Origin: Patescibacteria group bacterium
Lineage (GTDB): Bacteria > Patescibacteriota > Minisyncoccia > Minisyncoccales > UBA10102
DNA length: 64,000 nucleotides
Direction of reading: 5' to 3'
Assembly (NCBI GenBank): GCA_022563395.1
Contig: JADFNM010000001.1
Span: 398,342 to 462,341, forward strand
The position numbers and the translations under genes were made by a program. Below are positions 1-10,200 of the stretch, in pieces. Every line of letters begins with the position of its first letter. Positions within the stretch are counted from its first letter, which is position 1. The notes beneath the pieces were generated by a model. It had not been told where the DNA came from and ran no database searches. It saw only the letters and a list, made by a program, of their open reading frames with translations.

Positions 1-446
1 GGGATTGAAAGCAATAATACTTTTTTCCCAAGCTCTTCAAAAATACTCCAAACAGGAGAAACCTTTTTCGCAACAGAAGAAAAGCCCCCTACTGATGGTT
101 TTGCAAGAGGATGCCCCTCCACGTGCATAGGGCCATCGGCTATTCCGTGAACAGTGGGAAAGGCACCCGTAAAAAGAGTAGCGAAATTCGTGGGTGTGTG
201 GGACGGAAATACAGGAATTGAGTATCCATATGCACCATTATCCATCATTTTTTTTATGTTGGGTAATTTCCCTTCCTGCGCCCACTTAAAGACATCAAAC
301 TCCTCGGGATCTGCCCTCATGCCATCGGGAATAAACCAGTAAAGCTTTGATGCCTGAACTTCTTGATTAAAAACTGATTGCCAGACAAATAAAATACCTC
401 CAAGCAGAACAACAATGCTAAGAAAAATAATAGAAAATTTTTTCAT
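1..446 (-). CDS. nucleotide pyrophosphatase/phosphodiesterase-like protein (alkaline phosphatase superfamily), N-terminal part; 3' end lies outside the window
   Basis: Hand translation of the minus strand from ATG 446-444 gives MKKFSIIFLSIVVLLGG (signal/TM) .. IPDGMRAD .. FPSHTPTNFATLFTGAFPTVHGI. These are the metal-binding Asp and Thr-nucleophile motifs of NPP/AP enzymes. It is absent from the ORF track because the window edge truncates it. Confidence 0.6.
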   Translation of the reverse strand, partial: MKKFSIIFLSIVVLLGGILFVWQSVFNQEVQASKLYWFIPDGMRADPEEFDVFKWAQEGKLPNIKKMMDNGAYGYSIPVFPSHTPTNFATLFTGAFPTVHGIADGPMHVEGHPLAKPSVGGFSSVAKKVSPVWSIFEELGKKVLLLSI

Positions 447-568
447 ACTAGTTTACAAATTACTATTTTTTATCAAACAATCTTAAATTTATAATACAGG
501 AGGTTTAAAGCTTGTGCAACTGTTAGGCTCTCCCCAGTGGAGAGCTCAGTTTGCTTGGGCTTTAGCCT

Positions 569-1825
569 TTATTTTTTTGCTCCTGCAAAACATTTGTTTT
601 GCCAGAATTCAGGAAGACTGCTGCACAGGCGAAAGAATTCGTCAGACCCAGGATGAAAGTTGTATGTAGAATAGAAGAGGAGTTCTTCATAGCATTGTTC
701 ACCTATCTTGAGAAGCTCGGCTTCCCTGCACAAAGCAGCTGCTCTTTTAACCAAACTCGCATCTGTTTCAATCACCCTGGAAGCCATGCTGGCAAAACAC
801 TTTGCTTTTCTTTCTTCTAACATATTAGAACAGAAGTTTACCATCTTTACTTCATCTAAACGAAAATGGGCAGCTATGACATAAAAGAGGCCGTAGTAGC
901 AGCGGTCTTGATGCAAGGAATTTGTGGGAACCGAGCAGAATTCAACCAACCCTCCTGGGGTTGCAATCTCCTTATAATACAAGGGCCAGCCCTCGCTCCA
1001 GCAAGAGTTTTGCTGCTGCAGAGAAAACTGGCTGCAAAAAGCACCCAATTCCTCTTTTTCCGGCTGCAATCCTTCTACGATGGCAAAATCTTCGGGTTCT
1101 AAGGGCTGAAAAACCTGCATGAATACACCGTCAAAACAGAGCTGGGAATAGTCTCTGCCATCTTGTTTTCTGGTAGTTGCCTCGCACAAGCCAGCAGACT
1201 TCTCAACATTTCCACCTGTAACATACATGGTGAGGTGGCCTAAGGCATGGTAGCAGGTTGCTTGTTCTAAACGAGTGGGATTCCAGTCAGCCCGTTTCTC
1301 GCAGATATTCTCCAGCTCTGGCTTTAACTCTGCAATCTCTGCATCGGGAAGAGCGTCTGCGCGAAACCGTTCTTGAAATGCCCCGTGGATACACCCATTC
1401 GAACAAATTCCACTTGGGCATCTGGCAATAACCTCCTTCCATTTGTCTGGGTCTTTTGCCGTTTCTTTTGCGCTCAGGTTATGTCCCAAGACGTGACAAT
1501 ACCAATATTCATCATCCTGTTCCTGTACAAGCCTCGTAATTTCAAACACCTCCTCAAGAGACACAACATCAAGAAACTTGGGGATCTCTCTGTCGTAGCA
1601 TGCCGGACGATATCGCTCCTCACTGCAGATCTCGACGACCTGAGCTGCGTATCGCCGGAAAGATTCTTTATTGGTCCCCACGGGGCCCTCTGAAAGAAAG
1701 GGTAGTCGTAGAAAAACCAACAGAACACCCACCAGGAAAACAATAAAAAGCAGGGGGAGGGGGGGGATGGATTCCTTGCGAAATCCTCCGAATCTTTCTT
1801 TTCTCAGAAACTCTTGTAGACGCAT
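569..1825 (-). CDS. membrane-anchored Cys/His-rich repeat protein, paralog 1 (no cupredoxin-like domain); function unknown
   Basis: 418-aa ORF with an N-terminal TM (PLLFIVFLVGVLLVFL). Motifs YCHVLGHNL, CIHGAFQERF, TCYHALGHLTMY and CFDGVFMQVF recur every ~40-50 aa. The pattern is shared with ORFs 4835-6277, 7297-8817 and 8831-10114. Confidence 0.7.
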   Translation of the reverse strand: MRLQEFLRKERFGGFRKESIPPLPLLFIVFLVGVLLVFLRLPFLSEGPVGTNKESFRRYAAQVVEICSEERYRPACYDREIPKFLDVVSLEEVFEITRLVQEQDDEYWYCHVLGHNLSAKETAKDPDKWKEVIARCPSGICSNGCIHGAFQERFRADALPDAEIAELKPELENICEKRADWNPTRLEQATCYHALGHLTMYVTGGNVEKSAGLCEATTRKQDGRDYSQLCFDGVFMQVFQPLEPEDFAIVEGLQPEKEELGAFCSQFSLQQQNSCWSEGWPLYYKEIATPGGLVEFCSVPTNSLHQDRCYYGLFYVIAAHFRLDEVKMVNFCSNMLEERKAKCFASMASRVIETDASLVKRAAALCREAELLKIGEQCYEELLFYSTYNFHPGSDEFFRLCSSLPEFWQNKCFAGAKK

Positions 1826-1910
1826 AGTAATTCTCTCTTGGGGTCGACTTTAGGGGCTCTTTTGATTCATTATAGGGTTTGCGACACTTTTATACTATAC
1901 TTCATAAAGT

Positions 1911-3563
1911 ATGAAACGATTGATAAAAAGTAAGGCGGGGGCTTCCGCCTTTGTGCGTAGGTTTCACCTCTTTGATTTTCTTCTCATCGTTGTCTTACTT
2001 AGTGTGTTTTGGATAACAATCAATGCACCTTTTGACTACCTCGCAGAAACAGACAAAGATAAGGATTACCTGGTAGCTCGTCATATAGTTCAATACAAGG
2101 AGTTTCCTTTATCTGGGCCTTGGAATAGTATATCTGGCGCTTTTACGCATAGTCCCGTATCTTATTATTTCCTTGCTCCCTTTGTGGCGATCAAAGATGA
2201 TATCGTGTTTTTAAGGTTTGTAAATATCTTGCTTCAACTCATTACGATTGTCATAATTTACCTGCTCGCAAAAAAAGCATTTGGCTCAGGAACGGCTTTC
2301 ATTGCATCACTTTTGTTTGGTCTTAGTTCTCACATCCTACTCCTATCAAGATATCCTATAGTACCTGTTCTGGCGCATCCATTTATCAACCTGAGCTATC
2401 TCTTACTCTTATTTGCTTATGTGAAAAAAAGTTACCCATTGTTACTAGGAAGTATAGTTGCTTTGTTGTTTGCTTGGGCCATACACAGCACACCAATCCT
2501 AGTAATGCCGTTGTTCCTGGCGGTTATATTCTTGATTCTAAGAAAACAAGGTGGATCTATTGTTCATTATATCGGGGCACTCGCGGTTTTCGCTGGCTCT
2601 TTTCTTTTGTTTTATTCTTCAGTACTACTTGATTTATACAAAACAGGATTCGACACTTCCTCTCATTTTCTGACGAGTCTCGTTGTTTCATCCCCGTATG
2701 AATTTTCCCAGAACTTTTTGAGCAACCTGCAATCTCTCATAGGCTTCTTCTTTTCCTCGAATCTTCTCATGACAACTCGTTCCCTGGGTGGTCTATTGTT
2801 TTTTGTTCTTCTGCTTGGGGTTCCACTCTACTTTTTTTACTTCCAAAAAGACGCTTCCAAAAAATTCTATGCATTACTCGCTCTTCTTGGAGTCCTCCAA
2901 CTATTAGTTATGCTTTCTCTCTTAAAAGCTCCTGTGTACGGCTACATGTTTATCCCCGTGTTGGGTTTATTCATAATCTTCATTGCTGAAATTCTTAATA
3001 CCATATTATCAAAATACCACATCCTTACTGTTTTCAAGATTATACTAGTTATTCTGCTTATAAAAGTATTTTCTATGAACTTCTTCTTTCTCGAAACTCA
3101 GCCTCAGGAAAATAGGTTAGACCCTATTATTACCTCTATCAAAACAGAATTGTATGAAATCAAAACGCGGGAGGATTATAATGATTTTTCTTTTTTTCAA
3201 GTGAGACTTTATCGGGAATTGCAGCCACGTTCCACTTCAGAAAAACGGAGGTGGTTTCCCTTTGCTGATGCGGTATTTTGGACGCCCCTCGAAAAAGATC
3301 TTAATACAAAGTTAACAACAACAATTGGAAAAAACTATCAATTCTACGTATATCGATATTTTGGGTCTATGCCTATTGGTAGTGACGATTACATTTTTTT
3401 AATTTGCCAAAATCAATTTTCTCGTATTTCTGACATCGAAAATGAATGTATCGACACTTTTCTTATGGAGCATCGAACTCACTCCATTGGAAGACAACTC
3501 TATTCCCAAGATTCCTTTTCTGTTTATGTTATGAAGAAAATACCTCATTCTGATACATTGTAG
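1911..3563 (+). CDS. GT-C fold glycosyltransferase (ArnT/PMT-like, family 39/83-type) - putative
   Basis: 550 aa with about a dozen hydrophobic helices, an acidic first loop (ETDKDKDY) and a soluble C-terminal domain. TATACT box at 1891-1896. The call rests on architecture, not on alignment. Confidence 0.5.
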   Translation: MKRLIKSKAGASAFVRRFHLFDFLLIVVLLSVFWITINAPFDYLAETDKDKDYLVARHIVQYKEFPLSGPWNSISGAFTHSPVSYYFLAPFVAIKDDIVFLRFVNILLQLITIVIIYLLAKKAFGSGTAFIASLLFGLSSHILLLSRYPIVPVLAHPFINLSYLLLLFAYVKKSYPLLLGSIVALLFAWAIHSTPILVMPLFLAVIFLILRKQGGSIVHYIGALAVFAGSFLLFYSSVLLDLYKTGFDTSSHFLTSLVVSSPYEFSQNFLSNLQSLIGFFFSSNLLMTTRSLGGLLFFVLLLGVPLYFFYFQKDASKKFYALLALLGVLQLLVMLSLLKAPVYGYMFIPVLGLFIIFIAEILNTILSKYHILTVFKIILVILLIKVFSMNFFFLETQPQENRLDPIITSIKTELYEIKTREDYNDFSFFQVRLYRELQPRSTSEKRRWFPFADAVFWTPLEKDLNTKLTTTIGKNYQFYVYRYFGSMPIGSDDYIFLICQNQFSRISDIENECIDTFLMEHRTHSIGRQLYSQDSFSVYVMKKIPHSDTL

Positions 3564-3569
3564 GTAAAG

Positions 3570-4832
3570 CTACTCTTTTAAAGTCCTCACAAAGAGATTC
3601 AGTCTGAGTTCAAAAAACTCAAAGCGTATTTTTCTAGAAGAAAACCCTGCTTCACATAAAATTCTCTTGATCTCTCTTTTTGCATAATGCCTCTTGTGAC
3701 TTTCGATCTCCTTGCGAGAAATAACTCCTAATCGTGCGAGAACTTGCAATGGTATCTTCAAGATGAGGACCGGAGTAGTAAGTAAAAGCACCCCTTTTGG
3801 TCTCAATACTCTAAAGCACTCTCGTATGACTTTCTCTGGATGCTCAAGGTGTTCAAATACAGCAAGCATAGTTACCACATCGATAGAAGCATCCTGAATT
3901 GGAAAGATTTTCTTAGCTTGTTGGGGATAAAGCATAAATTTTCCAAACTTCATCTCTCTTTCAAGGTAAGGATCGATCCCGATACCTTCCGTAACACGAT
4001 CGTTAAGCGTAAAGAGAAAATGGCCATCTCCACATCCAACATCAAGCATACGGACTCCTCGAGGAATAAATGGCATGACTTGCTTTTCTCGAAAAAACCG
4101 AATTACATCATCAAGCCACCAGAAATCTTTTACTTCGCTTGTCAAACGTTCCCGAATTAAAACCCATATTGCCCTAAATCCATGAGTCCACTGCAACTTT
4201 TTCCCGTCTCGCAAGGTACGTGGTCTGTATGTAATCGGAACTTCAGATATATGATGCCCTCTCTTCAGAATTTTCGCTGTTAACTCTTCGCAAAATGCAA
4301 ACCCCTGTTCTTGAAACTCAAAATCTTTTATGACTTCTCTTCGAAATGCTTTGTAGCAAGTTGGTAAATCGGTAAGATGAGAACCAAATAGAATATTTGC
4401 AACCTGTGTTATAAAACGACCACCGAGATAAAAAAGTGTGGATACTCTTGGATTTTCCAAGAGGTTCCTTGAACCATACACCACATCGGCATCCCCTAAT
4501 AAGATTGGCTGAAGCAACTTCGAATACTCCTTTGGATTATATTCGAGATCAGCATCTTGGAGAATCACAATATCTCCAGATGCATGCGCAAGACCCGTTA
4601 TAACAGCAGCGCCCTTTCCAAGATTTCTCTCGTGACAAACATATGGGAGCCCCATTAAGTCTAAAATTTCCCTTGTATGATCTGAAGAGCCATCATCAAT
4701 AACAATCACCTCCTTCTCTTGAATACCCAAACTTTTAAGGTCTACCTCTTGGATCTTTTGAAGAATCGTATCAATGGTATCTTCCTCGTTAAATATGGGA
4801 ACGATAATGGATATTTTCATATTCACCGCCAC
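3570..4832 (-). CDS. polyprenol-phosphate glycosyltransferase (GT2, GtrB/DPM1-like) fused to a class I SAM-dependent methyltransferase
   Basis: The N-terminus has [29 protein letters not shown] (GT2 DxD). The C-terminus has [27 protein letters not shown] (Rossmann MTase motifs I-III). Confidence 0.75.
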   Translation of the reverse strand: MAVNMKISIIVPIFNEEDTIDTILQKIQEVDLKSLGIQEKEVIVIDDGSSDHTREILDLMGLPYVCHERNLGKGAAVITGLAHASGDIVILQDADLEYNPKEYSKLLQPILLGDADVVYGSRNLLENPRVSTLFYLGGRFITQVANILFGSHLTDLPTCYKAFRREVIKDFEFQEQGFAFCEELTAKILKRGHHISEVPITYRPRTLRDGKKLQWTHGFRAIWVLIRERLTSEVKDFWWLDDVIRFFREKQVMPFIPRGVRMLDVGCGDGHFLFTLNDRVTEGIGIDPYLEREMKFGKFMLYPQQAKKIFPIQDASIDVVTMLAVFEHLEHPEKVIRECFRVLRPKGVLLLTTPVLILKIPLQVLARLGVISRKEIESHKRHYAKREIKRILCEAGFSSRKIRFEFFELRLNLFVRTLKE

Positions 4833-4834
4833 TT

Positions 4835-6277
4835 TTAAGAGTTACAAAGCTTCCTATACTCTTCTGGAACTGTTTGACACACCACGCCTGATTGCTCTTG
4901 AGAATACCAAACCCTCAAGCGAGACAAAATATGCTCAAAGCACACTTCTTGTTCTTTGTTAGAAAGAATGCCAGAAGAGCAGAACGCAAGGCCTTGAACA
5001 TACTCCTCGTCGGGCTTGCCGTATTTCATGTGCCCTCCAGAAAGTCCATCAATGCAAGAAAGGTGCAGAGGGGCCTTGAGCGACCGGCACAAAGTCACTG
5101 CCTCTTTTAGGGCTGCCGGTTCTGAAAGATGAAGACGGAGAAACTCGTGGAATAAACCTGACAGCACGATGTTTCGAATCTCGTAGTCTTCGTCTTGGGG
5201 AATATCCTCTTCTATTACGCTTGCTGCCTTTGCAAAATCGTTGTTCGCAATCCTCAAAATGACAGGAATCATATTGGTATAGCAAGCTTCTCGATATTTT
5301 TCTTCTTGTACGTGACACAGCGAGAAGGGATCTTTTTGAAGTTCCTCTAGTTCATACTTTGGATCAATAGACAGAATCTCAATTGCGTTAAAGATACCTG
5401 TTGCACAAAGGTACTCTTGAAAGTTCGTCTCTGCAAATGCTTGGCAAAACTCAAAGCCCGGGGCTATCATAGCATCCACATTGCCCCAGACCCTTGGATC
5501 TCCCCCGTCAACCGCTCCATGTCCTACCCCATGGTAGCAAGCGGCTGCCGCTCCAAACTTTTGGAGGTACAACTGCTCGTCTACATATTTACAGAACTCT
5601 CGCCCTTGCCCCACGTCTCCTGTGGTCAAAAGCAGAGTCTCCATGAACCCGTGGTAGAATCCGTATCCGCAAAAAGAGGTTTTGGGGCTCAGCTCTATTT
5701 CCTTGCCTGCGGCAAACAACTCATATGCCTCCTCTCCAATCTCGTGAACGTATCCGTGGCAATCCCTTGCAAACTCGAGTTCTGAATTATACAAGGATGC
5801 CACCACTTCAAAAGCATCTGCAATGCCAGTTTCTTGAAGTGTTTTCTGTATGGTTTCTTGCCAGCACTGTCGTTGCTCTCCCCCAGATGTATCACAAGAG
5901 AAAGCATACTGAACATCAAAAGTCTTCTTCCCTACGATGACCGTGCCAACAAACAAGGGAGATAGATGATTGTGGTACTTCCATACCCCCTCCTTTTCAA
6001 AAGAAAAACTCCAGTCAAGCACGGGTTCCCGGGGGTCAAACTCTGAATAGATTCCATGACTGGGATGCAAGCTGGAAGCTGGCCAAAACAATGTTCCGTT
6101 CTTTGAAACAAACTGTACGGTATCTCCTTTTTCAATGATGACTTCTTGAGGAGAAAATCCATCCTCGCGAAGTTCTACGGTGTGGACGTTTCCATCCGTA
6201 CGCCAGATAGAAAGTAGAAATAATCCACCAACAAAAACACCAAACAGAAGTATAAGGAGAATTGTCTTTGTTCGCAT
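4835..6277 (-). CDS. membrane-anchored cupredoxin-like domain + Cys/His-rich repeat protein, paralog 2; function unknown
   Basis: 480 aa with an N-terminal TM. A beta-rich domain follows ([45 protein letters not shown]), then [28 protein letters not shown] and [13 protein letters not shown]. Roughly half identical by eye to 7297-8817. Confidence 0.75.
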   Translation of the reverse strand: MRTKTILLILLFGVFVGGLFLLSIWRTDGNVHTVELREDGFSPQEVIIEKGDTVQFVSKNGTLFWPASSLHPSHGIYSEFDPREPVLDWSFSFEKEGVWKYHNHLSPLFVGTVIVGKKTFDVQYAFSCDTSGGEQRQCWQETIQKTLQETGIADAFEVVASLYNSELEFARDCHGYVHEIGEEAYELFAAGKEIELSPKTSFCGYGFYHGFMETLLLTTGDVGQGREFCKYVDEQLYLQKFGAAAACYHGVGHGAVDGGDPRVWGNVDAMIAPGFEFCQAFAETNFQEYLCATGIFNAIEILSIDPKYELEELQKDPFSLCHVQEEKYREACYTNMIPVILRIANNDFAKAASVIEEDIPQDEDYEIRNIVLSGLFHEFLRLHLSEPAALKEAVTLCRSLKAPLHLSCIDGLSGGHMKYGKPDEEYVQGLAFCSSGILSNKEQEVCFEHILSRLRVWYSQEQSGVVCQTVPEEYRKLCNS

Positions 6278-6331
6278 ATGCTTGTTCTAGTCTACTCAAC
6301 CTTGCCTCTCCTGTCTAACCGGTGAACATAA

Positions 6332-6340
6332 TGGTATAAT
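6332..6340 (+). promoter_or_regulatory. extended -10 box TGgTATAAT, 6 nt before the ATG (leaderless geometry)
   Basis: The sequence atggtataatgtcgccATG places TATAAT at 6335-6340 and the ATG at 6347. Confidence 0.45.
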
Positions 6341-6346
6341 GTCGCC

Positions 6347-7300
6347 ATGCGTTTTTTCTTGCTTCTCGCTTTCCTTGGACTAGGGATTGGAGTCTTCCTT
6401 GCTGTCAAGAAGTCTGTCCCCCTGTATCAACTTCCTGAACAAGAATCAGCATTACTTGCTCTTGGAAAGTCTCACTTTCGAAAAGGAAATTTTGAGGAAT
6501 CTCTTCTTGCTTTCCAGAAAGCACTTGACAAGAACCCACAGAGTGTAAGTGCACTCATGCAACTGGCAAATTTTTACCGATATGTTGGTGGGCAGTATGA
6601 CAAAGCAGAAACTATGTTCCAAAAGGCTCTTGAGATAAATCCAGAGAATAACTGGATTCTTGTTGATCTAGGGAAGCTCTACCGTAATATGGGGCGCTAT
6701 CAAGATGCCGAAGATATGTTTTTTAAGGTTCTCGCGCGCAGTCCAGATACCGTTGCGGCATACGACTACGGACTTGGATATCTCTATCTCGAGCAAGATC
6801 AGTATGAAAGAGCGGAAGCGATGTTCAAGAAAGCCCTGGAGTTAAGTCCCGAACGTGATTTTGCATACATGGGTCTGGGAGATCTGTATCGAGAGATGGG
6901 CAGATACCAGGAATCAGAAACAATGTTCCGCAGAGCACTTGCGCTCAATCCAAAGAGCGAAGCATACCTTGGACTTGGCTGGCTCTACTTGTACCAGAAA
7001 GAACACGGGAAATCAGAGGAAGCGTTTCTCTCGTATCTTGACGTCTTGAAACCAAAAAGCGAGGTATATTACGGCTTGGGCGGCATCTATCTCTTCCAAC
7101 AGCGATATGAGCAAGCGGAGGATATGTTCCAAAAATCCGTAGACTTGAACCCAAGGCTTGGAGGATATATTGGTTTAGGATCTCTCTACGAAAAACTGAA
7201 ACAATACGACAAAGCACGAGAAATGTTTGCAAAGGAGCTTCAACTCAATCCTCAAAATCAATCTGCGAAAAACCAGATTGAATATCTTGATTCTCTTTAA
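6347..7300 (+). CDS. TPR repeat protein with N-terminal membrane anchor
   Basis: 317 aa with repeated 34-aa units (..YDKAETMFQKALEINPEN.., ..YERAEAMFKKALELSPER.., ..YQESETMFRRALALNPKS..). N-terminus is FFLLLAFLGLGIGVFLAV. Confidence 0.85.
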   Translation: MRFFLLLAFLGLGIGVFLAVKKSVPLYQLPEQESALLALGKSHFRKGNFEESLLAFQKALDKNPQSVSALMQLANFYRYVGGQYDKAETMFQKALEINPENNWILVDLGKLYRNMGRYQDAEDMFFKVLARSPDTVAAYDYGLGYLYLEQDQYERAEAMFKKALELSPERDFAYMGLGDLYREMGRYQESETMFRRALALNPKSEAYLGLGWLYLYQKEHGKSEEAFLSYLDVLKPKSEVYYGLGGIYLFQQRYEQAEDMFQKSVDLNPRLGGYIGLGSLYEKLKQYDKAREMFAKELQLNPQNQSAKNQIEYLDSL

Positions 7301-8817
7301 GGGCAAAGTTTCTTGTACTGTTGTTCTACCAGGGTGCAAACCTCTTGATATTTTTCCTCGGGGAAAAGATGCGAGGTATGTCCCAAGGCAGTTTTGTAGC
7401 AAGCATGTTGTTCCTCTTCAGTAAAGATGTTCAAGCCGCAAAACTCAAGTGCTGGAACGTACTGATATCCCGGAGGACCAAACTCAAGTAGGCCCCCCAC
7501 AAATCCTGTTATGCAAATCATATGGAGACGGTCTGATAGGGAGCGGCACGTGAGAACGAGATCTGTATTCTCTGTTGGTCTGGCAGAACGAAAGCTTGCA
7601 GCGTAACTCGCCAAACCCTCCATGGCGCGTTGAGCGTAATAATCATCGGAGATACTCTCGACCAAGAGAACTGCTTCTTGAAACTCAAAATCTGCCACAG
7701 AAAGAACGAGGGTGTTCATTTCTTCATAACAAGACTTTTGAAAGTACGGCTCCTCTTGAGTTCTGCAAGTCGCATAGGGATCTTGCCTGTCAAAAGAAAG
7801 CTTGTACTGGCCACCAACATACATAATAGCAAGGGAATTAAAAACTCCAGAACCGCAAAGATATTTCTGGAACTCGTTTGCTCCTATTAATTCACACATT
7901 TCCAAGCCCGGTTGAATGACAGATTGCGCATCTCCCCATGCCCGGGGGTCGCTTCCGTCTACCGTGCCGTGGCCAATGCCGTGATAGCAGGCGTTAGAGG
8001 CACCTGCACTTTGCTTGGATAGCTGATTGTCCACATACGCACAAAATTCTCGCGCTTCTTTGATGTCTCCTTTCGTGAACACCAGGGTCTCCATAAAACC
8101 ATGATAAAACCCATACCCACAAAATGAAGTGCTAGCGCCCAAGACAATTTCTTTTCCCTCAGCATAGAGAGCATATGCTTCTTCCCCAATGAGATGAGTA
8201 TACCCGTGGCAATCAGCTGCAAAGTCAGGGTCTGTAGTATAGAAGTCTTCCAGAACATCAAAGGCCGTCCCTACACCCTGTTCCGTAAGGACTCTCAGTA
8301 TTGTGTCTTCCTTGCATTGGCGTTTTGACCAATCGCTGGAATTGTCTTCTTCGTTGCAATTGTATGTGATTGCTGTGCCCTTTTCATCAAAAACAATGAT
8401 GGTTCCGGTATAATAAGAAGCTAAATGATTATGATATTTCCATGTGCCTACTTTATCAAATTGAAAACTCCAGCTTTCCTGTGGTTCAACGGGTTCCCCG
8501 GAATCAAACTCGGAATAAATAGTATGGCTTGGGTGTATGTTAGAAGCTGGCCAAAATTCTTTATTCTTCTTTGTTATAAAACCTACAGTCTGTCCCTTTT
8601 GTATCGTTAATTCTTGAGGATAAAAACCTTCCTCACGAAGTTCTACGGTATAATCTGGTTTTTGATTGAGCTCCGCTCTTCCTTTTGGCTCAAATCCGAA
8701 CAGGTATAAAGATAAGGGAATTATAACGAGAAGAAAAAAAATGCCCCCTAAAATACTTTTTTTAAACAATGTTTTGCCTATAAAAAACTGCATTCTCGTG
8801 CTGTATAATTTGCACAA
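7297..8817 (-). CDS. membrane-anchored cupredoxin-like domain + Cys/His-rich repeat protein, paralog 3; function unknown
   Basis: 506 aa with motifs [28 protein letters not shown] and ACYHGIGHGTVDG. The N-terminal domain is VELREEGFYPQELTIQKGQTVGF..WKYHNHL. The start may be the internal MQFFIGK (8793). Confidence 0.75.
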   Translation of the reverse strand: MCKLYSTRMQFFIGKTLFKKSILGGIFFLLVIIPLSLYLFGFEPKGRAELNQKPDYTVELREEGFYPQELTIQKGQTVGFITKKNKEFWPASNIHPSHTIYSEFDSGEPVEPQESWSFQFDKVGTWKYHNHLASYYTGTIIVFDEKGTAITYNCNEEDNSSDWSKRQCKEDTILRVLTEQGVGTAFDVLEDFYTTDPDFAADCHGYTHLIGEEAYALYAEGKEIVLGASTSFCGYGFYHGFMETLVFTKGDIKEAREFCAYVDNQLSKQSAGASNACYHGIGHGTVDGSDPRAWGDAQSVIQPGLEMCELIGANEFQKYLCGSGVFNSLAIMYVGGQYKLSFDRQDPYATCRTQEEPYFQKSCYEEMNTLVLSVADFEFQEAVLLVESISDDYYAQRAMEGLASYAASFRSARPTENTDLVLTCRSLSDRLHMICITGFVGGLLEFGPPGYQYVPALEFCGLNIFTEEEQHACYKTALGHTSHLFPEEKYQEVCTLVEQQYKKLCP

Positions 8818-8830
8818 AATATTACATGTA

Positions 8831-10114
8831 TTACCTTGAAATTACTTTAAGTGTTGCGCGACATTCCTCGGAGTATGAAGACGGCAGTTCTTCACAGAAT
8901 GTTCTTCTATATATAGGATCCTGAACATAATAAGAAACTGCTCTCATTAAATTTATAAAACAGGAACCTTGATAATAGGGATCATCAATGACATTACAAA
9001 ATGCAATTGCAATACTCCGGTCATTCTCACCTCCCCAATACAGCGAGTTTGTTGCATGCACCACGCAGGCCGCAGCGCCCTCTTTCGTATTCGCAAGCAG
9101 ACACCATTCATACACACGATTTAATGCTTCGTCTGTTATCTGTTCTATTGTAGATACTCTAATATCTCGCCCCAAAGCTAATCCTATAAACTCTTTCCCA
9201 AATCCACCGTAGCATGCATCCCGACTACGAAAATCGGCAACAGGAAGCTTATCGCAGTACAAAAATGCTTGTTTGAAGTCAGCAGGCGTCGGAAATCCCG
9301 CATCTGCTCCTGCAGCGTTAAAAAGATGAGGGGTCAAATATATATAACAAAGGGAGCGCGCCTCATCGGGCATGAAATCGCTTGAACAGGGATAGAGAGG
9401 ATTCTCCTCTTTAAAATATTTTTTATGCTGTTCCTCCCAAAGCTCCTTATCGTGAACTCCATTTATAATCTCCATAATACTCCCGCTGATACACTGATGC
9501 GCTTCCTGGTTTCCGTATTGTGGGGTACCGGTTTTCTCGCAAAGGTTGATTGCCTTCTCTAGATCATACCCAGTATAAGCTAATACTCCGTGGCCTAATC
9601 CATGGAAACACATGGTATAGGCACCGGAACCGCCCGGTGCGTTCCGACAAGCTTTTGCAATCTCATCAAGAGCAGCTTCTCCTTCTTCAAAAAATAGGCC
9701 TATGACAATGGAATGGGAGCAGGCATTACGAAAATCATGGGTGCATATGGGAATACCCCCCAACCCTTCTTGCTGATAGAGAACGCCGCCCACAACATGT
9801 GCAAGCAGATGCATATCAATGTTGGGGGGAATTGATGCAGCTCGCAACACATCAAAGGCATACCCTCCCCCTTTTTTCTTTGCAAGATCTTCAAAATACC
9901 TGCCTAACTCTTGAAATGAAGACAAGTTCTGAGTTTGGAGTTCTTGGATTTCAAGATACCTATTTTCTTTTTTACCCAAAAGCGGAGAAAAAATATTGAT
10001 GTCTCCTTTCACTAAAGGAAAATAAGCCAAGAAAACTCCCCCAAGGAAAACGAGGAGAAAGAGAATAAAAAGAAGAATATTTTTTGAAAACAGGGAGAAA
10101 ATAAAGGCAACCAT
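8831..10114 (-). CDS. membrane-anchored Cys/His-rich repeat protein, paralog 4 (no cupredoxin-like domain); function unknown
   Basis: 427 aa with an N-terminal TM. Motifs are LLAHVVGGVLYQ, CSHSIVIGLFFE, MCFHGLGHGVLAY and ACYGGFGKEFIG. Confidence 0.7.
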   Translation of the reverse strand: MVAFIFSLFSKNILLFILFLLVFLGGVFLAYFPLVKGDINIFSPLLGKKENRYLEIQELQTQNLSSFQELGRYFEDLAKKKGGGYAFDVLRAASIPPNIDMHLLAHVVGGVLYQQEGLGGIPICTHDFRNACSHSIVIGLFFEEGEAALDEIAKACRNAPGGSGAYTMCFHGLGHGVLAYTGYDLEKAINLCEKTGTPQYGNQEAHQCISGSIMEIINGVHDKELWEEQHKKYFKEENPLYPCSSDFMPDEARSLCYIYLTPHLFNAAGADAGFPTPADFKQAFLYCDKLPVADFRSRDACYGGFGKEFIGLALGRDIRVSTIEQITDEALNRVYEWCLLANTKEGAAACVVHATNSLYWGGENDRSIAIAFCNVIDDPYYQGSCFINLMRAVSYYVQDPIYRRTFCEELPSSYSEECRATLKVISR

Positions 10115-10142
10115 GATATCTCAACATACCATGGTTTCTGCT

Positions 10143-10168
10143 AACAAAAAACCGAGGGTTCCTCGGTC
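10143..10168 (-). terminator. rho-independent terminator after ORF 10201-10701
   Basis: The minus strand reads GACCGAGG-AAC-CCTCGGT followed by TTTTTTGTT. Confidence 0.6.
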
Positions 10169-10200
10169 TTTTGCTGAACTCTGAGGCAAACAACAAGATC

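Noticed and set aside
154-342. 62-aa plus-strand ORF near the window start.
   Set aside because: It lies antisense inside the well-supported minus-strand phosphodiesterase-like gene (1-446).
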